From the NCBI GenBank assembly GCA_963778155.1, contig CAVZTK010000021.1, positions 1,162,871-1,226,870 of the forward strand: 64,000 nt of DNA. Reading direction: 5' to 3'. The position numbers and the translations under genes are program-made. The notes beneath the pieces are model-generated. The model was not told the DNA's origin, searched no databases, and worked only from the letters and a program-made list of their open reading frames with translations. Source of the stretch: an uncultured Chloroflexia bacterium. GTDB taxonomy: Bacteria; Chloroflexota; Limnocylindria; Limnocylindrales; CSP1-4. Below are positions 28,652 to 39,259 of the stretch, piece by piece (positions within the stretch are counted from its first letter, which is position 1; every line of letters starts with the position of its first letter).

Positions 28652-29761
28652 GTGGTCAGCGCCGAGGAGGACATGTCCGCCGCCGACGCACCGACCATCG
28701 TCGAACTGTCCGCTGACGATGTTCTCCGTGCTCGCACGGAGGCGGTCGCCAAGGCCGGGGTCGGGCGCAAGGCCGATCATCTGCTGGAGGTCCGCGGGCT
28801 GTCGACCCACTTCTTCACGCCCGACGGCGTCGTCCAGGCGGTCGACGACGTCAGCTTCGACGTCGGCTACGGCGAGACGCTCGGCCTGGTCGGCGAATCG
28901 GGCTGCGGCAAGAGCGTCACGGCCCTGTCGATCGCCCGCCTCGTCCCGGATCCGCCGGGCAAGATCGTCAAGGGCTCGATCCTGTTCGACGGCATCGACG
29001 TCCTCAAGCTCAGCCCGGACGACATGCGCAAGCTGCGCGGCAAGGAGATCGGGTTCATCTTCCAGGACCCGCTGACCAGCCTCAACCCGACGCTGACCAT
29101 CGGCTACCAGATCGGCGAGGCCATCCGCGAGCACATGGGGCTGTCCGACAAGGCGACCCAGGAGCGGACCATCGAGCTCCTCTCGAAGGTCGGGATCCCG
29201 CGGGCCAAGGAACGGCTCAAGGACTACCCGTTCCAGTTCTCGGGTGGGATGCGCCAGCGCGTGATGATCGCCATCGCCCTGTCGTGCGATCCGAAGCTCA
29301 TCCTGGCCGACGAGCCGACGACCGCGCTCGACGTGACCATCCAGGCCCAGATCCTCGAGCTGATCCAGACCCTGTCGAGCGAGTTCGGGACGGCCGTCCT
29401 GATGATCACCCACGACCTCGGCATCGCGGCCGGGATGTGCGACCGGGTCAACGTGATGTACGCCGGGCGGATCGTCGAGACCGGCACGGTCGACGAGCTG
29501 TTCGAGGAGCCGAGGATGCCGTACTCCTGGGGTCTGCTCGATTCGCTGCCCCGCATCGATGACGTCCGGGGCGACCGCCTGCGCACCATCGAGGGCCTGC
29601 CGCCCGTTCTCATCCGGCCGGCCGACGCCTGCCGCTTCAACCCCCGCTGCCGGTACGCGCGGGATGTCTGTCGCGAGAAGGAGCCCGAGCTGACCCGCCG
29701 CGGCGCGACCGACCACATGGCGCGCTGCTGGGCGACCGAGCCCGAAGGCTGGATCGCGTGA
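28652..29761 (+). CDS. ABC transporter ATP-binding protein (DppD/OppD type)
   Basis: Walker A GESGCGKS, signature FSGGMRQR, Walker [13 protein letters not shown], and a C-terminal oligopeptide-type extension (CRFNPRC). Confidence 0.92.
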   Translation: MVSAEEDMSAADAPTIVELSADDVLRARTEAVAKAGVGRKADHLLEVRGLSTHFFTPDGVVQAVDDVSFDVGYGETLGLVGESGCGKSVTALSIARLVPDPPGKIVKGSILFDGIDVLKLSPDDMRKLRGKEIGFIFQDPLTSLNPTLTIGYQIGEAIREHMGLSDKATQERTIELLSKVGIPRAKERLKDYPFQFSGGMRQRVMIAIALSCDPKLILADEPTTALDVTIQAQILELIQTLSSEFGTAVLMITHDLGIAAGMCDRVNVMYAGRIVETGTVDELFEEPRMPYSWGLLDSLPRIDDVRGDRLRTIEGLPPVLIRPADACRFNPRCRYARDVCREKEPELTRRGATDHMARCWATEPEGWIA

Positions 29762-31060
29762 CGGCGACGGCGCCGCCAGCGACTCCCGCTCTCCGCCCCC
29801 ACGACCCCGCGAACCTCGTCGAGGTCGACGACGTCAAGGTCCATTTCCCGATCCGGGCCGGCATCTTCCAGACGACGAAGGCGACCGTCAAGGCCGTCGA
29901 CGGGGTGACCTTCGACGTCCGGCGCGGCGAGACGCTCGGGCTGGTCGGCGAGTCGGGCTGCGGCAAGAGCACCATCGGCCGGGCGATGATCCGGCTGCGC
30001 GAGGCGACGAGCGGGACCGTCCGCTTCGACGGCGTGGACCTCGGCAAGCTGTCGAACAACGACCTGCGACGGACGCGCCGGCGGATGCAGATCATCTTCC
30101 AGGATCCGTACGGCTCGCTCGACCCGCGGATGACGGTCGGCTCGATCATCGCCGAGCCGATCGAGACCCACGACCTCGCCGAGGGCGACGCCAAGCGGGA
30201 GCGCATCGCCGACCTGCTTCGCCTGGTCGGGCTCGACCCCCAGTACGTCAAGCGCTATCCGCACGAGTTCTCGGGCGGCCAGCGACAGCGCATCGGCGTC
30301 GCCCGGGCGCTGGCGGTCGAGCCCGAGTTCATCGTCTGCGACGAGCCCATCTCGGCGCTCGACGTGTCGATCCAGGCCCAGGTCCTCAACCTGCTGACCG
30401 ACCTCAAGCGGCGCCTCGGGCTGACCTACCTGTTCGTCGCTCACGACCTGTCGGTCGTCAAGCACATCAGCGACCGGGTGGCGGTGATGTACCTCGGCAA
30501 GATCGTCGAGATCGGCCCGCCTGACGAGCTGTACTCGGCACCCGGCCACCCGTACACCCGGGCCCTCCTGTCGGCGGTGCCGGTGCCCGATCCGGTCGCC
30601 GAGCGGAAGCGCCGCCGGGTCATCCTCAAGGGCGACGTCCCGAGCCCGGTCAATCCGCCGCCCGGCTGCCGCTTCCATACGCGCTGCTGGCTGTACGAAC
30701 GGCTGGGCCAGCCGGAGGAGTGCCGGACGATCGATCCGCCGCTGACGACCGTCGCGGAGCTGCCCGACCACCAGGCCGCCTGCCACTTCTCGTCCGAGGC
30801 GCTCAAGACCGACGTCGGGATCGCCCACATCGGCGACGTCCTCGTGCGGCGCGGCACGCCGGCCTCCGCCATCGCGTCGCTCGAATCGGGCGTCAACGAT
30901 GGGCCCGACGGAGGAGCAGATCGCGGCGTTCGCGGCACCGGCGTTCGCCGACCTCGGCGCGGAGTCGACCGAGGTGGAGACGAGCGAAGGGCTGTCGAAG
31001 GAGGATCCCGTGTCCTTCGAGTCGCCGTCGAAGCGGAATGACGAGGACCGCGGCCTCTAG
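29758..31060 (+). CDS. ABC transporter ATP-binding protein (DppF/OppF type) with unusual long C-terminal tail; 3' end ambiguous (31041 as sequenced, 31060 if the frame switches near 30898)
   Basis: [36 protein letters not shown]. After ~30898 third-position GC is high in the +1 frame ([14 protein letters not shown]...NDEDRGL*), not in the annotated frame. Confidence 0.85.
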
Positions 31061-31069
31061 CCGCGGACT

Positions 31070-32095
31070 CTAGGAGACCACCGCCGCCGGTTGCCGGAAG
31101 TGGCAGGCGCTCAGATGGTCGCCGCCGACGTCGATGAGCGGCGGGATCGCCTCTGCGCAGATGGCCGGCTTGCCGAGCTCCTCTCGAAGCGGGCACCGAG
31201 GGTGGAAGCGGCAGCCCGTCGGCGGGTTGACCGGGCTCGGGACGTCGCCCTTGAGGATGACCCGGGTCCGGCGGATGGTGGGGTCGGGAACAGGGATGGC
31301 CGACATGAGGGCCAGCGTGTACGGGTGTTCCTGCTTCCTGAACAGGGCGCGCCGCTCCGCCAGCTCGACCACCCGCCCGAGATACATGACCGCCACCCGG
31401 TCGCTGATGTGCTCCACCACGCCCATGTTGTGGGCGACGAACAGGTAGGTCAGCCCGAGCTCCCGCTGGAGCTGCTTGAGCAGGTTCAGCACCTGGGCCT
31501 GGATGGACACGTCGAGGGCCGAGACCGGCTCGTCACAGATGACCAGGTCGGGCTCCAGGACGAGCGCCCGGGCGATGCCGATGCGCTGGCGCTGGCCGCC
31601 GGAGAACTCGTGCGGATAGCGGCTGGCGTGCCATGGCGCCAGGCCGACGAGGTCCATCATCCGCTTGACCTTCTCCTCCCGCTCGGCCGGGGTCCCGATC
31701 CCGTGGATCCGCAGGCCCTCGCCGATGCTGTCGGAGATCGGCGTTCGCGGGTCGAGGCTCGAGTAGGGGTCCTGGAAGATGACCTGCATCCGGCGCCGGT
31801 AAGGCTTGAGGGCGGCGCCCTTGAGCGCGGTGAGCTCGGTCCCGTCGAACCGGATCGAGCCGGCCGTGGGTTCGATCAGGCGCAGCAGCAGGCGCCCGAC
31901 GGTCGTCTTGCCGCAGCCCGACTCGCCGACCAGGCCGAGGGTCTCGCCCTTGCGGATGTCGAGATCCACCCCGTCGACCGCCTGCACCATCCCGATCGTC
32001 CGCTGGAGGACGCCGCCCCGGATCGTGAAGTGCTTGACCAGGCCACGGATCCGGACGAGTGGCTTCGGCGTCCGCGCCGGCGAGGGTCGGGGCAT
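31070..32095 (-). CDS. ABC transporter ATP-binding protein (DppF/OppF type), operon 2
   Basis: 341 aa with [36 protein letters not shown]. Confidence 0.92.
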   Translation of the reverse strand: MPRPSPARTPKPLVRIRGLVKHFTIRGGVLQRTIGMVQAVDGVDLDIRKGETLGLVGESGCGKTTVGRLLLRLIEPTAGSIRFDGTELTALKGAALKPYRRRMQVIFQDPYSSLDPRTPISDSIGEGLRIHGIGTPAEREEKVKRMMDLVGLAPWHASRYPHEFSGGQRQRIGIARALVLEPDLVICDEPVSALDVSIQAQVLNLLKQLQRELGLTYLFVAHNMGVVEHISDRVAVMYLGRVVELAERRALFRKQEHPYTLALMSAIPVPDPTIRRTRVILKGDVPSPVNPPTGCRFHPRCPLREELGKPAICAEAIPPLIDVGGDHLSACHFRQPAAVVS

Positions 32096-32110
32096 CGGGC
32101 GACATCGCGG

Positions 32111-33233
32111 TCATGCCGTGACCTGCGACCGGTCGATCGCCTTGCCGTCCTGATCGTGGTAGAGCCAGCACCGGACGGCGTGGCCGGCGGTGACCGACAG
32201 GAGCTCCGGATGGGCCTCGGTCGCGAGGATCACGTCCTCGTCGATCCGGGTCTGGCAGCGCGGGGCGAACCGGCAGCCGACCGGCAGGTCGATGAGGTTC
32301 GGGACGTTGCCGGGGATGACCGCCAGCGAAATCCTTCACGTCGCCGACGACCGGGATCGAGGCGATGAGGCCCTGGGTGTACGGGTGGAGCGGCGCCCGG
32401 AAGAGCGATCCGACATCGGTCTGCTCGACGATCTCGCCGGCGTACATGACCGCCACCCGGTCGCACATCTCGGCGACCACGCCCAGGTCGTGGGTGATCA
32501 GGATGATCGATGTCCCGAACTCGTCCCGGAGGTTGCGCATCAGGTCGAGGATCTGGGCCTGGATGGTGACGTCGAGAGCGGTCGTGGGCTCGTCGGCGAT
32601 GAGCAGGTCGGGTTCGCAGGCGAGCGCCATCGCGATCATGACCCGCTGGGCCATGCCGCCCGACAGCTCGTGCGGGAACGACTTGAGTCGCCGTTCCGGA
32701 TCCGGGATGCCGACCATCCGCAGCAGCTCGAGGGCCCGGCCGTGGGCTGCGTCGGTGGCCATCTTGCGATGCAGCTCCAGGACCTCGCTGATCTGCCAGT
32801 CGACGTCCCGGACCGGGTTGAGCGATGAGGTCGGCTGCTGGAAGATCATCGAGATCCGGTCGCCCCGGATCTGGCGCATGGCGTCGCTCGACAGCCCCAT
32901 CAGGTCGGTGCCGTCGAACAGGATCTGGCCGGAGTCGATCTTGCCCGGCGAGGCGACCAGACGCATGATCGACAGGCTGGTCACGCTCTTGCCGCAACCG
33001 GATTCGCCGACGAGACCCATGATCTCGCCGCGACCGACCGTGAAGTCGATCCCGTCAACGGCCTTGACCAGGCCTTCGCGGGTCCTGAACGACGTTCGCA
33101 GGCCCTTGACCTCGAGGAGCGGCTTGCCATCCTGCGGTCGGGGCGGCTTGCGTGCCGACGCCGGCACGATCTCCTCGATGGTCGTCTCGTCAAGAGGCGG
33201 TCCGATGACCTCGATCGACGATGCCTCGGTCAT
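32111..33233 (-). pseudogene. ABC transporter ATP-binding protein (DppD/OppD type), operon 2, one frame break near 32328
   Basis: [28 protein letters not shown] ...IPVVGDVKD, then [25 protein letters not shown]...AVRCWLYH... continues in the next frame to TGA at 32111-32113. Confidence 0.88.
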
Positions 33234-34186
33234 CGATTGAGCCGCGGATCGAGGGCATCGCGCAGGCCGTCGCCGAGCAGGTTGAAGGCGAAGACGGTCA
33301 GGGTGAGGGCGATGCCCGGGAACAGGATCAGGTGCGGGGCCGTGAACAGCTTGTCGCTGTTCTGGCCGATCATCGAGCCCCATTCCGCCATCGGCGGCTG
33401 GGCGCCGAGGCCAAGGAACGACAGGGCCGCAACGTCGAGGACGGCGCCCGCGATGCCGAGCGTCCCGGCCACGATCAGCGGGGTGATCGAGTTCGGCAGG
33501 ATCCGCCGGAAGAGGAGCCCACGGGCGCTCTCGCCCATCGCCCTCGAGGCCGTGACGAAGTCACCCTCCTTGGTCGACAGCACGGCGGCGCGCATGATCC
33601 TGGCGTAGATGGGGATGGCGACGATGACGATCGCCAGCTGGGCCGTCAGCAGGCCCTGGCCGATGGCGGTGACGATGCCGATGGCCAGGAGCAGCGCGGG
33701 GAAGACCAGCAGGACGTCCATGACGCGCATCAGCAGGTTGTCGGTCCAGCCGCCGGCGTAGCCGGCCACCAGGCCGATCATCGCCCCGATCCCGATCGCA
33801 AACCCGACGGTCACGAAGCCGACGAAGAGCGACACGCGAGCGCCATGGACGACCCGGCTGAAGACGTCCCGGACGTTCGGGTCGGTGCCCATCAGGAACT
33901 GGGGCTGGTCGGCCGGGCAGCCGAGCAGGTGGATGCACGGCGGGGACGACTTCTTGGCCCCGTCGACGACGCCAAGGAGGACCTGGTCGGGCGGATACGA
34001 GGCGAGCTGGTCGGCGAACAGCGCGCACAGGCCCAGGAAGACCAGGATGGTGATGCCGACCAGCGCATTGCGCTGATGGAGGATGTTCCGGCCCGTGCCA
34101 CGCCAGACGCCGACGCGCCGGACTTCCTGGTCGATCGCGGTGTCCAGCCCGCCGTGGAGGTTGCCCTGGAAGGTGGGTGTCCTCAT
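33230..34186 (-). CDS. ABC transporter permease (DppC/OppC type), operon 2
   Basis: 318 aa with [15 protein letters not shown] and [23 protein letters not shown]. Stop overlaps the downstream ATG (ATGA). Confidence 0.92.
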   Translation of the reverse strand: MRTPTFQGNLHGGLDTAIDQEVRRVGVWRGTGRNILHQRNALVGITILVFLGLCALFADQLASYPPDQVLLGVVDGAKKSSPPCIHLLGCPADQPQFLMGTDPNVRDVFSRVVHGARVSLFVGFVTVGFAIGIGAMIGLVAGYAGGWTDNLLMRVMDVLLVFPALLLAIGIVTAIGQGLLTAQLAIVIVAIPIYARIMRAAVLSTKEGDFVTASRAMGESARGLLFRRILPNSITPLIVAGTLGIAGAVLDVAALSFLGLGAQPPMAEWGSMIGQNSDKLFTAPHLILFPGIALTLTVFAFNLLGDGLRDALDPRLNR

Positions 34187-34196
34187 CGTCCGGTCC

Positions 34197-35273
34197 TCAC
34201 TGGAGCCGGACCCGCGGATCGAGCCAGGCGTACGAGATGTCGACGATCAAGTTGGCGATGAGGTAGCCGACGGCGATGACCAGCACGAACCCCTCGACCA
34301 CGGCATAGTCGCGGCTCTGGATCCCTTCGGTGACCGCCCGGCCGACACCGGCCAGGCCGAAGACGGTCTCCGTCAGGACCGCGCCGGCGAGCAGGCCGCC
34401 GAGCTGGATACCGATGATGGTGATGACGGGCAGCATCGAGTTAGGGAGGCCGTGCTTGCGCACGACCGCCCGGTCGCTCAGGCCCTTCGCCTGGGCCGTG
34501 CGGATGTAGTCGAGGCCCATCACGTCGAGCAGGCTCGACCGGGTGATCCGGGCGATGATCGCCAACGGGACGGTCGCCAGGACCAGGGCAGGCAGGATCA
34601 TGTGCCGGAAGGCATCGAAGAAGATGTCCCAGCGCAGGGTCAGGATCCCGTTCAGGGTGTAGATGTTCGAGATGAAGTCGACGATCCCGCGCGGCGGTCC
34701 GGCCAGGTTCTGGAGACCCCAGGCGGTCGCCAGCGGCGTCGGATCGAGACCTGGCGTGAGCCGGCCTCCCGGCGGCAGGGCGAGCGGACTGCCCTTCAAC
34801 AGGATCGCGAAGATGAAGATCATGATCGGGCCGAGGACGAAGATCGGGATCGACACGCCGAGGTTGGCGCCGGCCATGGTCCCGACGTCGATGCTCGAGT
34901 TGCGCCGGCGAGCCGAGATGATCCCCAGCAGGACGCCGACCGGGATGGCGATCAGGAGGGCGTAGAAGGCCAGCTCGATGGTCGTCGGCAGGCGCGAGAT
35001 GAGCATGTCGGTGACCGGCTGCGATGCCTTGATCGACGTGCCGAGATCGCCCCGGAGCAGGCCGGCCACGAAGTCGACGTACTGCACGGGGAGCGGCCGG
35101 TCGAAGCCGTGGGCGTGGTCATAGGCGGCGCACGCTTCGGGTGAGGTGTGCTCGCCGAGGATCGCCGCACATTGTGAGCCGGGCAGCAGGTGCCCCATCA
35201 CGAAGACGAGGGTCACGACCCCGATGAGGACCGGGATCGTGAGCAGGATGCGGCGGACGATGTAGCGAGTCAT
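34197..35273 (-). CDS. ABC transporter permease (DppB/OppB type), operon 2
   Basis: 358 aa with MTRYIVRRILLTIPVLIGVVTLVF and YIRTAQAKGLSDRAVVRKHGLPN. Confidence 0.92.
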   Translation of the reverse strand: MTRYIVRRILLTIPVLIGVVTLVFVMGHLLPGSQCAAILGEHTSPEACAAYDHAHGFDRPLPVQYVDFVAGLLRGDLGTSIKASQPVTDMLISRLPTTIELAFYALLIAIPVGVLLGIISARRRNSSIDVGTMAGANLGVSIPIFVLGPIMIFIFAILLKGSPLALPPGGRLTPGLDPTPLATAWGLQNLAGPPRGIVDFISNIYTLNGILTLRWDIFFDAFRHMILPALVLATVPLAIIARITRSSLLDVMGLDYIRTAQAKGLSDRAVVRKHGLPNSMLPVITIIGIQLGGLLAGAVLTETVFGLAGVGRAVTEGIQSRDYAVVEGFVLVIAVGYLIANLIVDISYAWLDPRVRLQ

Positions 35274-35302
35274 CCGGTCCTTCGAGGTTCCGGGTGGTCA
35301 AA

Positions 35303-35329
35303 GGGGGCGTCGCGGGTCGCGACGCCCCC
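35303..35329 (-). promoter_or_regulatory. Intercistronic hairpin between binding-protein and permease genes (operon 2)
   Basis: gggggcgtcgcg-ggt-cgcgacgccccc: a 12-bp perfect stem in the 82-nt gap. Confidence 0.45.
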
Positions 35330-35355
35330 TCCGGTTCACGATGCGGGGGTGGGGA

Positions 35356-37104
35356 TCACGACTTGGGCAGGAACCCGCCCCACAGGGCGCCCCAGTAATC
35401 GAACGTGCCGCCATTGCCGACGTGCAGCGGGCTGTTGGGATCCCACTGCGCGCTGAGCGAGGCAACGACGTCGTTGGCGTCCAGGGCCGATCCATCCGCG
35501 AACTTCACGTTGTCCTGCAGCTTGCAGGTCCAGACCGTGCCGGCCGTGTTGGGATCGCAGCTGGTCGCCAGGCTCGGGACCGTGTCGGTCCCGCCGATCT
35601 TGTACGCGTACAGCGTGTCATAGACCTGCTCGCAGTTGCGGAGCGAGTCGCCGTCACTCTCGTCGCCGCAGTACAGCCCGGACGTCTCGGCGTTCTGGTC
35701 GAAGACGAGCTGCTGACGGCCGCCCGGATCGACGACCGAGAAGATGTCGACGCCCAACGGGGACGCCTGGGCGCCCTTGACGTCCGCCTTGTACGCAGCC
35801 GCGGACGCGGCGTGGTTGAGCGGGATCATCGGGACGTGCTGCTTGATGAGGTTGTTGGCGGTGGCGTAGTCGGCAAGCCGGCCGGCCGGATCGAGCTCGG
35901 AGGCCGCCTTGGTCAGGACATCGGTGATGTCCTTGAACTTGGTCCCGAACGCGTCATTGCCGCCGATCCCGAAGTGGTAATCGACCCAGTCGGTCATGTC
36001 CGGATAGTCACCGCCCCAGCCGAGGAGGAACAGCGAGTACTGGCCCTTGCTCGAGTTGGTGAGGTAGGTGGTGTTGTCCTCGGTATGGATCTTGAGGTTG
36101 ATCCCGAGATCCTTGAACTGCGCCTGGATCTCGGTCGCGGTGTCCGGCGGGTTCGGGAAGTAGCTGCGCACCTTCGGGCGGAAGTACAGGTCGTACGTCT
36201 TGCTGAAGTCGAAGTTGGCCGCCTTCAGGGCCGCGATCGCCGCGTCCTTGTTGTAGGCGTACCAGGCGTCGCCCTCGCAACCGCCGGCCACGCTGCACGG
36301 GGCGAAGTAGTCGGCCACGGTCGAGCCCGGGGCGTTGAACAGGTCGAGGATCCGCTTGCGGTCGATGCCCTGGGCGATCGCCTGGCGGACGGCCTCGTTG
36401 TTCCACGGGGCGTCGTCGACGTTGAAGCCGAGGTACAGCGTGCTGAACGCATCACGCTTGAGAAGCTGCAGGGTGGTGTCGTTGGTGACGGTGTCGAAGT
36501 CGTCGGGAGCGACGTTGTCCATGCCGTCGACGGTGCCGGCCTGGAGGTCCTGGAGGCGCTTCTCGGCCGTGTCGGCCCACTTGAAGATCAGGGTCGGAGC
36601 GATCGGCTTGTTGGGGCCGGTGTAGTTCGGGTTGGCCACCATCGTGATGTGGTCACCCGAGACCCATTCCTTGACCATGTACGGGCCGGTGCCGTTGGTG
36701 GTCTTGACATACGACTTGTCCGCGGCGTGGGCGGCCAACCAGTCGCTGTCGAGGATCCCGTTCGTGGCGAACGCGATCTTGCTCAGGAACGCGACGTCCG
36801 GGGCGCACATGTCGAACTCGACGGTGAGCCGGTCGACGGCCTTGATCTGGCTGAACTCGCCGGTGTAGCCGGTCGGGGGCTTCGTGCAGTCGATGGCGGT
36901 CGCCGGGACTGCCATCCCGTCATACGCCGCGGCACTCGCGCTCGCGCTCGGGGCCGTGCTTGCGGGGGCCTGGCTGACCGGTGCGGTCGACGGCGCGGTT
37001 GACGGTGCGGTCGACGTCGTCGAACCGGAACATGCGGCCAATACGATCGCGAAGGACGCGGCCAGGACCGAGTACTTCAGCAACCACCTAGGGGATCGCG
37101 ACAT
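35356..37104 (-). CDS. ABC transporter substrate-binding lipoprotein, family 5 (operon 2, proximal copy)
   Basis: 582 aa. Lipobox AIVLAAC, Ser/Thr/Ala/Pro linker, family-5 SBP-like body. Confidence 0.9.
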   Translation of the reverse strand: MSRSPRWLLKYSVLAASFAIVLAACSGSTTSTAPSTAPSTAPVSQAPASTAPSASASAAAYDGMAVPATAIDCTKPPTGYTGEFSQIKAVDRLTVEFDMCAPDVAFLSKIAFATNGILDSDWLAAHAADKSYVKTTNGTGPYMVKEWVSGDHITMVANPNYTGPNKPIAPTLIFKWADTAEKRLQDLQAGTVDGMDNVAPDDFDTVTNDTTLQLLKRDAFSTLYLGFNVDDAPWNNEAVRQAIAQGIDRKRILDLFNAPGSTVADYFAPCSVAGGCEGDAWYAYNKDAAIAALKAANFDFSKTYDLYFRPKVRSYFPNPPDTATEIQAQFKDLGINLKIHTEDNTTYLTNSSKGQYSLFLLGWGGDYPDMTDWVDYHFGIGGNDAFGTKFKDITDVLTKAASELDPAGRLADYATANNLIKQHVPMIPLNHAASAAAYKADVKGAQASPLGVDIFSVVDPGGRQQLVFDQNAETSGLYCGDESDGDSLRNCEQVYDTLYAYKIGGTDTVPSLATSCDPNTAGTVWTCKLQDNVKFADGSALDANDVVASLSAQWDPNSPLHVGNGGTFDYWGALWGGFLPKS

Positions 37105-37209
37105 CCTTGTGACTCCTCCTCTGTACCCCGTTTCCCGGGCCGTTGATCCTCCCTTGGCCGGGTCATGAGGGCGCGCGTCCGCGGGCCCGAAGGCACGCGG
37201 GTGCCGGGA

Positions 37210-37218
37210 AGACTAGCA
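37210..37218 (-). promoter_or_regulatory. Candidate extended -10 (TGCTAGTCT) upstream of the proximal binding-protein gene
   Basis: Minus strand reads gatgctagtcttcccg. A near-identical 16-mer recurs upstream of the distal binding-protein gene. Confidence 0.35.
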
Positions 37219-37280
37219 TCCCGTGGGGCGGCCGTCATCTGGTCGCGCGAGGTCGATTTCGACAGGTGCGCGGGCAGGGC

Positions 37281-39136
37281 TCAGCCGCTGGGCTTGGGGC
37301 TGGCCGACGAGTGCGGGCCGGACGGGGCCGGCGACTGCCCGGGCGACGTCGATGGGGCCGGTGGGGCCGGTGGCGCCGGCGGGTGGAGGAAGCCACCGAA
37401 CCACGACGCGAAGGTGGCGAAGGCGCCGGTCCGCCCGCGATGGAGCGGGTTCTCGGCATCCCACTGGGCGGCGAAGCTGAGCACGACGTCGTTGGCATCG
37501 AGCCGGGAGCCATCGTCGAACAGGACGTTGCGCCGCAGGTGGCACGTCCAGACCGTCAGGGCCGCGTTCGGGTCGCAGCTCGTGGCCAGGGCCGGGACCG
37601 GCGCCGCGCTGCCCGGCGGGAACGCGTACAGCCCGTCCATCAGCTGGGCGCAGACGAGCCCGGCGATCGGGTCCGTCTCGTCGGCGCAGTACAGTCCGGG
37701 CGGCTCGGCCGTGGTGAGCCAGACGAGCTGGCGGCGATCGCCGGGGGTCATCGCGGCGAAATGCTCGAGGCCGACCGGTGACGCCGTCGCGCCATCGACG
37801 TCCGCCCGGTAGGCGGTCGGCTGGGTCGCCCGGCCGATCGGGATCATCGGGACGTGCTGGCGGATGAGGTCGTTGGCCTTGGCATAGGCTGCTTCGCGCT
37901 TGTCGGGGTTGGCGGATGCCCGACCGGCCGCCAGCGCCTTGTCGATGTCCGGGAACGGAGTGCCGAACTCGGGTCCGGCGCCGGCGCTGAACCGAGGGTC
38001 GAGGTAGGCCGACGGATCGGGATAGGCCCCGCCCCGATCGAGCAGGTGCAGGCCGTCGAGGGTCCCGGCGTCGACCTCGCGATGGAACTCGGCGTCGGGC
38101 ATCAGCACGAGCTTGGCCTGGATGCCGAGGTTGGTCAGGAGCTCGGTCTGGATCTCTGCCGCGACCCGGCCCGGATCCGGCATCGACGCCGTCGGCGTCG
38201 CGCTGTAGTACATGGTCGTCGTGAAGCCGCTGGGCAGGCCGGCGGCGGCCAGCACCTCGCGCGCCTGGGCCGGGTCGTACGGGGGCCAGTCCCCGCCGGC
38301 GCAGCCGTGGGGGACCTCGCACGGCGTGTAGTGGGTCGCCACCTCCGCGCCCGGCGGGAAGTCGTCGGCGACGATCGTCGCGCGGTCGAGGCCGCCCGCG
38401 ATCGCCTGCCTGACCTTCTCGTTGCTGAATGACGGGTCGGCGGTGGCGAACCCGAGGTAGACGACGTCGCGTCCAGCCCGTGGCTGCGCCTGCAGGGTCA
38501 CGTCGGCCTGGACGGTGGCCACGCCGGCCGGATCGATGCCGTCGATGCCGTCCACGGTCCCGTTCTGCAGCTCGGACACGCGCTCGGACGCGTCCCCGCC
38601 CCAGCGGACGATCAGCCTCTCGTTCTTGGCCGGCTTGTCCCAGTACGCGTCGTTGCGGGCGAGGCTGATCTCCGTCCCGCGATCCCACGATTCGAGCCGG
38701 TACGGCCCGGTCCCGTTGACCTGGCTGACGATCGGCTGGACGCCGCCGCCGGTCGCGGACACGTGCGCGCGCAGCCAGCCCGAATCGTTGATCCCGAACG
38801 CGGGCGCGGCGATCTTGGTCAGGAACGCGACATCGGGCGCGCACAGGTCGAACACCACGGTCGAGGCGTCCTTGGCGACGATGCGCTTGAGGTTGCCGCG
38901 ATAGGCGGCGTGCGCCGCGTCGGGTGGCGCGGCCTCGCCGCACGGGGCGTCGCCCGACGGCGGGTAGCTGGTCGGCGCGAACGCACCATCGCTCGGCTTC
39001 GGCGTCTCGCGCGGTGGGCTGGCCGTCGGTGGCGAGGTCGGGATCGGGGGGATCGTGGGGCCGCAGGCGGCGAGCAGGATCGTGAGGGCGAGCGCGCTGG
39101 CGGCGGATCCCGCCGTCCGGCGGCGTGGTGGTGACA
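37281..39136 (-). CDS. ABC transporter substrate-binding lipoprotein, family 5 (operon 2, distal copy) with Pro-rich C-terminal tail
   Basis: GTG 39136 (AGGAG 11 nt upstream) gives a signal peptide MSPPRRRTAGSAASALALTILLAAC. The track ORF extends to 39200, but that extension overlaps the promoter-like motif. Confidence 0.85.
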
Positions 39137-39190
39137 CGGTCCCGGCTGCTCCTGGTGCTGCGGCCCCGGACGGCGGCGTGGGCGTCGGGA

Positions 39191-39199
39191 AGCCTAGCA
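39191..39199 (-). promoter_or_regulatory. Candidate extended -10 (TGCTAGGCT) upstream of the distal binding-protein gene
   Basis: Minus strand reads gatgctaggcttcccg, ~55 nt upstream of GTG 39136. Confidence 0.35.
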
Positions 39200-39259
39200 T
39201 CGGCCGCCGGCACGCGTCGCCGGGACGAACGTCACCGCTCGCGCGCCGGACCTTCGCGT

